This document shows positions 19,244 through 28,892 of a DNA stretch of 64,000 nt, piece by piece. A program made the translations under genes and the position numbers. Under the pieces are notes generated by a model. It was not told the origin of the DNA. It did not search any database and was given only the letters and a program-made list of their open reading frames with translations. The first letter of the stretch is position 1. Each line of letters opens with the position of its first letter. The DNA is from an uncultured Bacteroidales bacterium (GTDB lineage: Bacteria; Bacteroidota; Bacteroidia; Bacteroidales; CHK158-818): contig CASGEW010000001.1 of the NCBI GenBank assembly GCA_949300615.1, positions 8,375 through 72,374 of the forward strand. Direction: 5' to 3'.

Positions 19244-20488
19244 ATGGCAAAAATAAAACCCTTTAAAGGTATTAGACCCCCACAGGCGTTGGTAGAACAG
19301 GTCGCATCACGGCCATACGACGTATTGAATTCAGAAGAAGCCCGCAACGAAGCTGCCGGAAACGAAAAATCGTTGTACCATATCATAAAACCCGAAATAG
19401 ATTTTGCGCCCGGATTTGACGAACATGATCCGGCTGTATATGAAAAAGCCGTAGAAAATTTTAAAAAATTCCAACAGAACGGCTGGCTGGTACAAGACCC
19501 CAAAGAGATGTATTATGTCTATGCCCAGACCATGAACGGAAGAACACAGTACGGACTGGTAGTATGTGCCAATGTGGACGATTACCTGAACGGTGTGATC
19601 AAAAAACATGAGCTGACCCGCCGCGACAAGGAAGAAGACCGCATGAAACACGTCAGGGTAAACAACGCCAACATAGAGCCTGTATTTTTTGCCTATCCCG
19701 ATCATGCAGAATTGAACGCTATCGTATCGAAGATAACATCACAACCGCCGGTATATGATTTCACAGCTCCCGATGGATTCGGCCATCATTTCTGGACGAT
19801 AGAAAACGATGACGACATTGCCCGCATAACGGAACTTTTTGCCGGCATCCCCTATTTATATATAGCCGATGGACATCACCGTACCGCGGCTGCGGCCTTG
19901 GTAGGGGCGGAAAAAGCCAAACAAAATCCCCACCACAAAGGAGATGAAGAGTACAACTATTTCCTGGCAGTATGTTTTCCAGCTTCGCAACTGAACATCA
20001 TTGATTACAACCGGGTAGTAAAAGATTTGAATGGATTGAGCGACGAAGAATTTTTATCACGCCTGTCTGAAAATTTCATCGTCGAAGAAAAAGGCAATGA
20101 AATTTACAAACCTCAACGCCTGCACAACTTTGCACTCTACCTGAACCACAAATGGTATTCGTTAACGGCCAAAGAGGGAACCTATGACGACAATGACCCG
20201 ATTGGAATATTGGACGTTACCATTTCATCGAACCTCATCTTAGACCAGATATTGGGAATAAAAGACCTGCGTTCGGACAAACGCATCGATTTCGTTGGCG
20301 GCATACGCGGATTACAAGAGTTAAGCCGACGGGTAGATAGCGGAGAGATGAAAGTTGCACTGGCATTATATCCCGTCTCGATGAAACAGTTGATGGACAT
20401 CGCCGATACCGGAAACATCATGCCCCCCAAAACTACATGGTTTGAACCCAAGCTACGCTCAGGGTTAATTATCCACAAACTCTCGTAA
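19244..20488 (+). CDS. DUF1015 family protein
   Basis: IKPFKGIRP, ASRPYDV, IKKHELTR, YIADGHHR and MPPKTTWFEPKLRSGL motifs. Confidence 0.9.
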   Translation: MAKIKPFKGIRPPQALVEQVASRPYDVLNSEEARNEAAGNEKSLYHIIKPEIDFAPGFDEHDPAVYEKAVENFKKFQQNGWLVQDPKEMYYVYAQTMNGRTQYGLVVCANVDDYLNGVIKKHELTRRDKEEDRMKHVRVNNANIEPVFFAYPDHAELNAIVSKITSQPPVYDFTAPDGFGHHFWTIENDDDIARITELFAGIPYLYIADGHHRTAAAALVGAEKAKQNPHHKGDEEYNYFLAVCFPASQLNIIDYNRVVKDLNGLSDEEFLSRLSENFIVEEKGNEIYKPQRLHNFALYLNHKWYSLTAKEGTYDDNDPIGILDVTISSNLILDQILGIKDLRSDKRIDFVGGIRGLQELSRRVDSGEMKVALALYPVSMKQLMDIADTGNIMPPKTTWFEPKLRSGLIIHKLS

Positions 20489-20522
20489 CATATTTATTTA
20501 ACACAACTATCCCGGAAAAATG

Positions 20523-20569
20523 AATAAAGTAGATGCAGCGTCCGTAACAACGACTGCATCTACTTTATT
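20523..20569. promoter_or_regulatory. Perfect 16-bp inverted repeat: probable DUF1015 terminator that also contains a putative ECF promoter
   Basis: aataaagtagatgcag-N15-ctgcatctactttatt. Contains AGATGCAGCG-N14-TGCATC. Confidence 0.65.
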
Positions 20570-20591
20570 AGCCGGACTGACAAACACGCGG

Positions 20592-21116
20592 ATGAACGAA
20601 ATACAACTGATAAACGGTTGTAAAAGGAATGAGGGAAAGTCCCAGAAAACCCTTTATGATCTGTACGCGCGAAAAATGATGGCGGTATGTATGCGTTATG
20701 TTAACCGCCGAGAAGTCGCCGAAGATATCTTGCAAGAGGGATTTATAAAGGTATTTACCTCTATCGGAACCTATAATTTTTCCGGTTCGTTCGAAGGGTG
20801 GATACGTCGTATCTTTGTCAATACGGCATTGGAGTATTTACGAAAAAACGATGTCCTACGTGAGACTGTCGGTCTGGAAGACCCGGGCATATTTACCGAA
20901 GCAGACCCTTCGGCTATCGATCGGCTATCGGCAAACGAATTGATAGAGATAATTGCGCAACTGCCGACAGGATTCCGTACGGTATTCAATATGTTTGCCA
21001 TAGAGGGATACTCACACAAGGAAATTGCCGAGACACTGGGAATAACCGAAAGTACCTCCCGGTCGCAATTTACCCGAGCAAAGAAATTATTGCAAAAAAA
21101 ATTGAGCCAATTATAA
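20592..21116 (+). CDS. ECF sigma-70 factor
   Basis: Start placed at MNEIQLINGC. AEDILQEGFIKVF, SFEGWIRRIFVN and EGYSHKEIAETLGITESTSRSQ motifs. Confidence 0.93.
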   Translation: MNEIQLINGCKRNEGKSQKTLYDLYARKMMAVCMRYVNRREVAEDILQEGFIKVFTSIGTYNFSGSFEGWIRRIFVNTALEYLRKNDVLRETVGLEDPGIFTEADPSAIDRLSANELIEIIAQLPTGFRTVFNMFAIEGYSHKEIAETLGITESTSRSQFTRAKKLLQKKLSQL

Positions 21117-21127
21117 CGTTACAAAAA

Positions 21128-22411
21128 ATGGAGAATGATCATTTTGAACGGCAAATAAAGGCAAAACTCGACTGTTGGGAAGTCGATCCACCTGCGGATA
21201 TGTGGAACCGCATACAAAAAGAGCTTCCCACAGCAAATACTCCCTCCAAACAGGTTATCATATACAGATATGCGTTCTGGGGGGCAGCAGCGGCTATGCT
21301 TGCAGGAATTATTCTCTGGGTTACCAAACCCTCGGAGGTTCTTATTCCAGAGTCAACAAAAACATTTACACAAAACAGTCCGACCCATGTTCTTCCTTAT
21401 TCGACAACAAGTAAAGAACAAACAACCAATTTTTCTCCTCATACGGCTATTGCAGAAATACAAACTCCTAAAAGAAGAGATAGACAGACACCGTCTTCCT
21501 CAACATCAAAAACAGTCTCTTCTGCCTCCATTTCACCCAATCAAGGGGAATTTTATTCAGCATCATTTGACAACAAAGAGACGGTACCGGCATCTTCTAC
21601 CCGCTCGATATCCAGGTCCCAAATAGGCAATAACAGAGCTCATGTCAATACTTATTCGTCAAACTACTTTATCAACGAGAATGACCTCGGAGACAGCTAT
21701 TATGAATATGAAGAAATTCCCCTATACAGGAAAAGAAGTTCTGGTGAATATTCCATTGGTATCATGGCAGTAAACCCCGTAACCAAAAACAGCACAACAA
21801 CCAACCGACACAGTGCATTGACAAAGTCCATCCCGTTCACGGCATCGTTCTTGTCAGCAAACAACCCGAACAAAGAAGATTTGGAATGGAACCACAACGT
21901 ACCACTGACATTTGGTATTACGGTTGAAAAACGGATCTCCCCATCCATCGGAATTGAAACAGGCATCACATACAGTTTCTTAAAATCGACATACAAAAAT
22001 GTAAACCGTTCCCGGTACGGCAATCAAGAGTTGCACTATATCGGAATACCCATAACAGGCATTTACCGGTTTGCCCGGTGGAACAATTTTTCATTTTATT
22101 CGGCCATCGGTGGAAAGGTAGATTTTAATGTAGCCGGAAACCGTACCGACCGAGTAAATGCCGACTATGAAGGATTCCGTTTTCAAGGGGACATTGAGGC
22201 CAATACAACTAAATCCATCCGGGACAAGAAAGCTCAATTCTCCCTAACGTGTAAATTAGGTGCGGCATACGCATTTGTCGATTACCTCGAAATGTATGCA
22301 GAACCGGGATTAGCCTATTTTTTTAACAACGGAAATTCCGAGATACAAAATATGTGGAAAGACAAACCTCTTAATTTTGCTTTACAAGTTGGACTAAGAA
22401 CTAATTTTTAA
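21128..22411 (+). CDS. Anti-sigma factor with inner-membrane helix, long S/T-rich linker and C-terminal outer-membrane beta-barrel (Dma/Reo type)
   Basis: N-terminal FERQIKAKL...PPADMWNRI, TM helix (WGAAAAMLAGIILWV), alternating beta-strands and terminal GLRTNF. Confidence 0.8.
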   Translation: MENDHFERQIKAKLDCWEVDPPADMWNRIQKELPTANTPSKQVIIYRYAFWGAAAAMLAGIILWVTKPSEVLIPESTKTFTQNSPTHVLPYSTTSKEQTTNFSPHTAIAEIQTPKRRDRQTPSSSTSKTVSSASISPNQGEFYSASFDNKETVPASSTRSISRSQIGNNRAHVNTYSSNYFINENDLGDSYYEYEEIPLYRKRSSGEYSIGIMAVNPVTKNSTTTNRHSALTKSIPFTASFLSANNPNKEDLEWNHNVPLTFGITVEKRISPSIGIETGITYSFLKSTYKNVNRSRYGNQELHYIGIPITGIYRFARWNNFSFYSAIGGKVDFNVAGNRTDRVNADYEGFRFQGDIEANTTKSIRDKKAQFSLTCKLGAAYAFVDYLEMYAEPGLAYFFNNGNSEIQNMWKDKPLNFALQVGLRTNF

Positions 22412-22418
22412 CACTAAG

Positions 22419-22448
22419 AGATGCAGCGAATAGTATTATTTTCGTATC
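22419..22448 (+). promoter_or_regulatory. Putative ECF promoter upstream of the NigD-like gene
   Basis: AGATGCAGCG-N14-CGTATC, the same 10-mer and spacing as at 20531-20560. Confidence 0.6.
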
Positions 22449-22499
22449 ATTGTAACATAGAATCATAAAACGAACAATACAAAAACAACTTATTGCCTT

Positions 22500-23222
22500 A
22501 TGAAAATATTGAAAAAACTGTTTTTACCTTTATCTTTATTTTGTTTTCTTATTGCTTTTAGTAGCTGTAATAAAGAAGACAATGAAATAGAATTCGTCGG
22601 ATTCGGCACAGTTGAAAACTACGGAACAGTCATTAACATAGACGTAAAAGAGGGTGAAGAGCCTTTGTATTTACGCGGAACCATGTTAAACAGTATGTTG
22701 TTAAGCGACGGACAACGCGTTTTTGTTTACGGTACAATAGACAAAGACAACCAAACAGAAGACAACAAAGCCATGTTGACGAACTTCATTATGATAAATC
22801 CATTCCCGACATTAAGTCTAAATTCTGCTTCCAGCGTCTTTCAAAGTGAACAATTCCTGACCGTCTATGAACCGTGGGTAACATACAACGATGCAGGAAA
22901 CGACATTATTACCATTCATTGCGAAGCATTATTAGAAAACAACGAAAATTTCACTTATTTTGTAAAAGCCTCGCAAGCGGCGCCTTATAATGAAGGCGAT
23001 TCTGAACTCAACATCAATTTCATGCTGGAAATAGAATCAGAGGTGAACGAAGGATACAGAAGTCCTATATTCCGCTCCATTGAGCTACCTTTCGGAGCCA
23101 ACAATAATCCGGGTAAACCAATCAACATAAAAATCAAATGCAATACCCAATCTGCTCCAGACTGTTTAAATTTCGATTCAGTAAATGATATCATCACTAT
23201 AACATACAACCGAGGGAAGTAA
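22500..23222 (+). CDS. Lipoprotein, NigD-like (N-terminal OB-fold-like region)
   Basis: Lipobox FSS-C NKEDNE and GFGTV...DGQRVFVYGT. Located directly after the ECF/anti-sigma pair. Confidence 0.6.
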   Translation: MKILKKLFLPLSLFCFLIAFSSCNKEDNEIEFVGFGTVENYGTVINIDVKEGEEPLYLRGTMLNSMLLSDGQRVFVYGTIDKDNQTEDNKAMLTNFIMINPFPTLSLNSASSVFQSEQFLTVYEPWVTYNDAGNDIITIHCEALLENNENFTYFVKASQAAPYNEGDSELNINFMLEIESEVNEGYRSPIFRSIELPFGANNNPGKPINIKIKCNTQSAPDCLNFDSVNDIITITYNRGK

Positions 23223-23238
23223 AATAAACAAGAAATAT

Positions 23239-23272
23239 AAAAAAGGTCGGTACTTTCGTGCCGACCTTTTTT
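23239..23272 (+). terminator. Rho-independent terminator
   Basis: aaaaaaggtcggtac-tttc-gtgccgacctttttt. Confidence 0.85.
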
Positions 23273-23285
23273 GTGGTTTAGTTAC

Positions 23286-23320
23286 AAAAAAAATCCAGCC
23301 TCTTAACAAGCTGGATTTTT
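23286..23320 (-). terminator. Terminator of tRNA-His transcript
   Basis: aaaaatccagc...gctggattttt stem with a U-tract on the minus strand, just downstream of the tRNA. Confidence 0.7.
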
Positions 23321-23328
23321 ATTAAAAG

Positions 23329-23403
<75 letters not shown>

Positions 23404-23420
23404 ATTTCTAAAATGCGTTG

Positions 23421-23451
23421 CAAAGATAGCGCCATTTTTCGATTATACAAA
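23421..23451 (-). promoter_or_regulatory. Bacteroidetes -33/-7 promoter of tRNA-His
   Basis: Minus strand TTTG (23451-23448), 19-nt spacer, TATCTTTG (23428-23421). Confidence 0.75.
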
Positions 23452-23574
23452 TTCCGGCAGCTACTTTTTTACAAAAAAACTTACTTATTCCTGATTTTCA
23501 ATATACTTAAATTCCTATCGAATAACAAAATCGAAAAACGGGAACCTCTACAATCACGATTTATCCTTTTCCTC

Positions 23575-24477
23575 CTATTTTAATTTATCTTTGATTAATC
23601 GAGACAATTCCGGCATAGCGCCATGCTGGGTACAGACATAGGCAGAAACCTCTACGGCCAACTCGTGTGCCTGCCGAACCGATTTTCCCCGGAGAATAGA
23701 GGCACAAAAGGCAGCCGTAAATGAATCGCCTGCCCCTACGGTATCGGCCACCTCTACCCGAGGTGTATCGACAAACGAAACTGAATCATCCCCTTGTACA
23801 AACACATAGCTACCGTTGATACCACAAGTCAATATCAACATCTTCACATCGTATTCTGACAATAAAAGCCGACAACTCTTTTCCATATCCTGTTCCGGAT
23901 ATCCGAACATCCGACTCACTATCAGTAACTCCTCATCGTTTATCTTCAATATATTACACTTTTTCAAAGAGTTACAGATAATCTCCTTATCATAAAACGA
24001 CTGGCGAAGATTGATGTCAAAAATCTTGTATTGTCCCTCTCCATCGGGCATAATATCCAAGAAACGATTAATGGTTCGACGGGAAACAACGCTACGCTGT
24101 GCCAACGAGCCGAAACAAACCGCACGGGTATGTTGTGCCAACTGCTCCAACGAACGGGTAAAAGGGATGTTGTCCCACGCTACATCTTGCTTTATGTCAT
24201 AACAGGGAATCCCTGCTGCATCGAGTTCTACTTGAACCGTTCCCGTAGGATACGAAACCTTCTCTATTGCATAACGAAGCGCTCTTCGATCGAAATTCTG
24301 CAACAGCTCATCGCCCAACGGGTCATCCCCGACGGCACTAACCACCCGGCTGTCAAACCCCAACTGGGAGATATGATAGGCAAAATTTGCCGGAGCCCCT
24401 CCGATTTTTTTCCCTTCGGGCAAGAGGTCCCATAACGCCTCACCCATACCGACAATCATTGTATTTTCCATAGTCAA
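23575..24477 (-). CDS. PfkB family carbohydrate kinase, probable fructokinase
   Basis: GEALWD, GGAPANFA and DTVGAGDSF motifs. Co-transcribed with GH32. Confidence 0.9.
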   Translation of the reverse strand: MTMENTMIVGMGEALWDLLPEGKKIGGAPANFAYHISQLGFDSRVVSAVGDDPLGDELLQNFDRRALRYAIEKVSYPTGTVQVELDAAGIPCYDIKQDVAWDNIPFTRSLEQLAQHTRAVCFGSLAQRSVVSRRTINRFLDIMPDGEGQYKIFDINLRQSFYDKEIICNSLKKCNILKINDEELLIVSRMFGYPEQDMEKSCRLLLSEYDVKMLILTCGINGSYVFVQGDDSVSFVDTPRVEVADTVGAGDSFTAAFCASILRGKSVRQAHELAVEVSAYVCTQHGAMPELSRLIKDKLK

Positions 24478-24489
24478 TCGCTCTGTTAT

Positions 24490-25821
24490 CTATTTTAAAC
24501 CTAATTCTTTTTCTATCTGTTCCAAAGATTTCCCTTTTGTTTCGGGGATATAACGCCAAACAAAACAAAATGCCAATACGCTGAATATGCCAAAGAATCC
24601 AAAAAGAGTGGCTCCTCCCCAGTTATTGAGTATCCACGGAGAAAACTGTACCGTCAAAAAGGTACATATCCAACTGATTCCAGTAGAGAAAGAGAGAGCA
24701 TACCCGCGTACGCGATTGGGGAACATTTCGGAGGTTACCACCCACATCACCGGCGCAAAGCTGGCGGCAAAAAAGGAGATATACACCAACAGGGCGATTA
24801 AAACCCCTATTCCTCCCCACGAAAAGGCGAATGAAGCGGTCAGATAGGCCAACGAGACAATCATCCCTACCGCTCCCCACAACAACAAGGCTTTACGCCC
24901 TTTACGATCTACCAACCACAAGGCGACAATCGTACACAAGAAATTGATCAACCCCACCAATACCGATTGCAACAAGGCTGTATCTCCCCCTACTCCCGTC
25001 TGTTCAAAAATAACCGGAGCATAATTGACCACGGCATTTATGCCGGTTATCTGCTGAAAAGCGGCCAATAACGTACCCAACAAGACGACACGCCCCACCT
25101 TTCCCTTAAAAATTTCAGAAAAGGAGGCCTCTTCTTTATTCGTTTCTTGACTGAGGGAGTTTTCAATTGCAGCTTTCTCTTGCAACGAAAAAGCCTCTCC
25201 TCCTATGCGGCAGAGTACCTTCTGGGCCTCCTCACTCCGTCCGTTGGCGATCAACCAACGGGGACTTTCCGGAAAGGAAACCATCAACAGCAATAAAAAC
25301 AATAAAGAAAAAACAGCCGGAACAGCCAACATATAACGCCACGAACCGGAAACATCGAGTAAAAAATAGTCTATGGCATACGCCAACAAAATACCGATGG
25401 TAATGGCAAATTGGTTATACGAGACCAATGTTCCCCGTTGGGTGGCAGGAGCTACTTCGGAAATATACATCGGGCCGACAACCGATACGGCTCCGACCCC
25501 GAATCCGGCAATTACCCGGAATAGCACCAACAGCCCCTCGGATTGCGCTAACGCACAACCCAATGAGGAGAACAAAAACAATATTGCCACCGACAGAAAA
25601 ATCGTCTTACGGCCAAACCGGTCGGCCAAAGCTCCGGTAAAGAGCGCTCCCAGCAAACACCCTATCGTCAAGGAACTGACCACCATACCAATGCCGTTAT
25701 CAGTCAATTGGAAAAAATCCTGAATGGAATTAACAGCCCCGGAGATTCCGGCCATATTCAACCCGAATAACAAACCTCCATTAACTGCCACAAAGGTGAT
25801 CCAATAAATATATGATTTCAT
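24490..25821 (-). CDS. Sugar porter family MFS transporter
   Basis: DRFGRK, PESPRWL, QQITGINAV and PETKGKSLEQI motifs. Confidence 0.93.
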   Translation of the reverse strand: MKSYIYWITFVAVNGGLLFGLNMAGISGAVNSIQDFFQLTDNGIGMVVSSLTIGCLLGALFTGALADRFGRKTIFLSVAILFLFSSLGCALAQSEGLLVLFRVIAGFGVGAVSVVGPMYISEVAPATQRGTLVSYNQFAITIGILLAYAIDYFLLDVSGSWRYMLAVPAVFSLLFLLLLMVSFPESPRWLIANGRSEEAQKVLCRIGGEAFSLQEKAAIENSLSQETNKEEASFSEIFKGKVGRVVLLGTLLAAFQQITGINAVVNYAPVIFEQTGVGGDTALLQSVLVGLINFLCTIVALWLVDRKGRKALLLWGAVGMIVSLAYLTASFAFSWGGIGVLIALLVYISFFAASFAPVMWVVTSEMFPNRVRGYALSFSTGISWICTFLTVQFSPWILNNWGGATLFGFFGIFSVLAFCFVWRYIPETKGKSLEQIEKELGLK

Positions 25822-25838
25822 CGTATTATAGATTTAAA

Positions 25839-27644
25839 TTACATACTTTTTTTAAGAGGATAAACAACCACCGACTCTACATCATAACTTCCGTTCTGGG
25901 CATAAAAGGTCAAACTGTTATATGGCTCATCAGGAAAGACCAGGTTGGTCATTGCCAATTTACCATCGCTGTCAAAACACTCGATACTGGACTTATCGAC
26001 AAACAAATGAAGCGTATAACGTTCTTGCGGTTCTATCGGGGCGTAAGTAACCACCGGAAAATCTCCGCTGAAATCGGTCAATCCGCTTTTTGTCCGGTCC
26101 ATCGTAAATCTCTTCTCCGGCAAATTGTAACAGAAATCAACCTGTTCTCCTGCTCCGTTCGACAACCTGAACCCGAATACATCGGCCGTTTTACGATTTA
26201 TGGTCAAAACAATTTCATACGCTCCCTGGTTGTTCTCAAACAACTGATTGATGCAGTAGTCGCCTTGTTGGTCGGTTACACCCGGACATAGGATTTTTTC
26301 TCCTCTGAGGGATTCCATCTCCGGAACGGGGACAGAAGACAAATAGATTTCTCCCTCTTGCGTATATAGGCTCAAATCGCGAGGTATGGAATTGGCACTT
26401 CTGAACTGACGCGTAGGCACCTGGTTGGCATACTGCCAGTTGCTCATCCAAGCCATGGCTATTTTTCGTTCGCCCGTATTCGAGAAAGTTACGGTAGCAT
26501 AGTGGTCTTTTCCCCAATCCATCCATTTTACGGTTTCGGGTTTGGAGTCGCACGTAAATGTTTTTCCATCAAACTCTCCTGTAAAATATTGGGTAGCCGA
26601 ACCTCCGAAGATACATCCGGGGTTGATATTCAGCAACAGCACCCACTTTTTATCTCCCGGCCAATCGCTTACCGGCAACTCGATCAGGTCGGGACATTCC
26701 CAGACTCCGGCATGAGAACCGTACCCTTGACCAAATGATCCGGAAAAATCCCATTCTCTCAGGTTGGAGGAGGTAAAGAAACGGACCTCCTGACCCGATG
26801 CTACCACCATCACCCATTTCCGGGATGGTTCATAATAAAAGACCTTCGGATCACGGAAATCGGGTATATCGGCCGTTACTACCGGATTTTGATCGTATTT
26901 GATAAAGGTTCGTCCATTATCGGTACTATATGCGATACTCTGCGATTGCCGCTGCCCGGCAGAGGTAAAAAACGCAACGATGGCATTTTTACCGAATCCG
27001 GATACATTCTCCTTATCGACCACGGCACTACCCGAAAAGATGGTGCCCAAACTATCGGGGGCAATAGCTACCGGAAGATGTTGCCACGATACCAGGTCGC
27101 GACTCACGGCATGGCCCCAGTGCATATTTCCCCACATGGAACCGTATGGGTTATATTGATAAAAGAGATGGTACTCGCCGTCTAAATAGACCATGCCATT
27201 GGGATCGTTCATCCACCCGTAGGCAGGTGAAAAATGGTATGCCGGTCGATATTTTTCGACATTTGCTACATCGAACGTATCGGACAACAGCAGGTGATTC
27301 CAACAAAGGGCATCGTTTTCTACTCGATCGACGTACACAACGGCATTGCTCTCTCCTTTGAGATCGTATGGAACATAATAATCGACTTTGTTTCTGGCAA
27401 GCCGCACATCGACCGGCAAAGTTTTACCTCCGTCGATTTCCATATAGATTTTTGCCTCTGCGGTTGCTTCTTCAACCGGGAGCAATAAATAGTTCGCTTG
27501 CCCCTGGATTTTGACGACCGTCTGTTTATCGGCCGGATGTTCTACCGAGAAACTTGCACTGCGTCCACCACAACCGGTCAAACCTATTGCTACCAGAACG
27601 AATCCCAGCAAAAATTTTCCCCATAAAAAGATTCTTGTACTCAT
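25839..27644 (-). CDS. GH32 beta-fructosidase/levanase-like lipoprotein with DUF4980-like N-terminus
   Basis: WMNDPNG, FSGSAV, FRDPKV and WECPDL catalytic motifs. Lipobox LTG-C. Confidence 0.93.
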   Translation of the reverse strand: MSTRIFLWGKFLLGFVLVAIGLTGCGGRSASFSVEHPADKQTVVKIQGQANYLLLPVEEATAEAKIYMEIDGGKTLPVDVRLARNKVDYYVPYDLKGESNAVVYVDRVENDALCWNHLLLSDTFDVANVEKYRPAYHFSPAYGWMNDPNGMVYLDGEYHLFYQYNPYGSMWGNMHWGHAVSRDLVSWQHLPVAIAPDSLGTIFSGSAVVDKENVSGFGKNAIVAFFTSAGQRQSQSIAYSTDNGRTFIKYDQNPVVTADIPDFRDPKVFYYEPSRKWVMVVASGQEVRFFTSSNLREWDFSGSFGQGYGSHAGVWECPDLIELPVSDWPGDKKWVLLLNINPGCIFGGSATQYFTGEFDGKTFTCDSKPETVKWMDWGKDHYATVTFSNTGERKIAMAWMSNWQYANQVPTRQFRSANSIPRDLSLYTQEGEIYLSSVPVPEMESLRGEKILCPGVTDQQGDYCINQLFENNQGAYEIVLTINRKTADVFGFRLSNGAGEQVDFCYNLPEKRFTMDRTKSGLTDFSGDFPVVTYAPIEPQERYTLHLFVDKSSIECFDSDGKLAMTNLVFPDEPYNSLTFYAQNGSYDVESVVVYPLKKSM

Positions 27645-27690
27645 AGAGATATTGCTTAAAATAAAGATTGCATCACATATTCCTATGTTG

Positions 27691-27698
27691 CAAATTTA
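27691..27698 (-). promoter_or_regulatory. Bacteroidetes -7 element of the fructan operon
   Basis: Minus strand TAAATTTG, 46 nt upstream of the GH32 start. Confidence 0.5.
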
Positions 27699-27805
27699 TT
27701 TATATATTCCAAAAATCATATAATTTCTATTTTGAAAAACGAATTAAGCAAAATCTTTTTTTAAGACAACCTCTCATTTCTTTTACAAACGAAATTCCCC
27801 TTCTT

Positions 27806-28870
27806 TTATGAACTCTTTCGGTAACACAATAACGCCAACCCGTTAAATACTACGGCAAATAACGATAAGATGACAAACGACGGCCAAAGGTCTATCCAGG
27901 TACTTCCTTTTAAATAGACCATCCGCATCACCTCTACAAAATAGCGGACGGGATTGAACCGGGTAAACGTTTGGGCCCACTCGGGCATGGAAGATATCGG
28001 GGTAAACAACCCGCTCAGCAAAACGAAAATAATCAAAAAGAAAAAGGCCGTCAACACAGACTGTTGCTGCGTGGAAGAGACGGACGATATGGTTAGACCG
28101 AATCCGGTACAAATAATCAAAAAGATTCCGGCAAAAAGATAAATCATCCCGAACCCACCCAACGGATACAAGCCATAAACCAGCCACGCGATAAAAATGC
28201 TGATGGAAAGGAGTAGATAGCCTATTATCCAGAACGGAATCAACTTACTCAGAACAAAGATGCTTTTGGAAACGGGGGTAACGTTTATCTGCTCTATGGT
28301 ACCTATCTCCTTTTCTCTTACAATATTCAAGGCCGAGACAAATCCGACTACAATGGCCAGCAAAAAGGCAATAATACCGGGAACCATATAACTCTTGTAA
28401 CTGAAATGAGGGTTAAAATAGTGGATAATCCGTACTCCGGCATCGACATCTCCTCCCGCCAGGATAGTCGATAGATAGGAGCTGCCCAATCCGCCTTTGG
28501 TTCCGTTTACGGCATTGGCGGCAATCAAAACATCCGACGGATGCCCCGTACCCAGCTGTCGGGTAAAATCAACAGGGAACTCCAAAATAAGGTCCGACAC
28601 ATTGGCCTCAACCAAAGCAAGCGCCTCTTGATAAGAGGGATATAACCCCATCAAGTTGAAATATCCGGAAGAGACAATCTTTTCTGTCAACTGACGGGTA
28701 AGTTGCGTGCGATCGTGATCCACCACGGCCAGGTTGATATTCTTCATCTCGAAATTGGCGGCGAAAGGCAATATCAACAACTGCAATACCGGGACAATGA
28801 ATATCAACTTCGGGATGAAACGATCCCGTACGATTTGCTTAAACTCTTTTTCCAACAAATACTTCAACAT
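27806..28870 (-). CDS. ABC-2 transporter permease (YbhR-like)
   Basis: KEFKQIVRD, IVREKEIGTIEQ and LSGLFTPISSMP motifs. Confidence 0.9.
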   Translation of the reverse strand: MLKYLLEKEFKQIVRDRFIPKLIFIVPVLQLLILPFAANFEMKNINLAVVDHDRTQLTRQLTEKIVSSGYFNLMGLYPSYQEALALVEANVSDLILEFPVDFTRQLGTGHPSDVLIAANAVNGTKGGLGSSYLSTILAGGDVDAGVRIIHYFNPHFSYKSYMVPGIIAFLLAIVVGFVSALNIVREKEIGTIEQINVTPVSKSIFVLSKLIPFWIIGYLLLSISIFIAWLVYGLYPLGGFGMIYLFAGIFLIICTGFGLTISSVSSTQQQSVLTAFFFLIIFVLLSGLFTPISSMPEWAQTFTRFNPVRYFVEVMRMVYLKGSTWIDLWPSFVILSLFAVVFNGLALLCYRKSS

Positions 28871-28892
28871 ATCTTTTCCTAAATAGAGGCGT

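Noticed and set aside
20523-20569. Invertible promoter
   Set aside because: Only 15 nt lie between the repeats and no recombinase is nearby. A terminator/promoter hairpin is the simpler explanation.
20520-20591. N-terminal extension of the ECF sigma in the ORF track
   Set aside because: It runs through the hairpin/promoter. The sigma-like sequence begins at ATG 20592.
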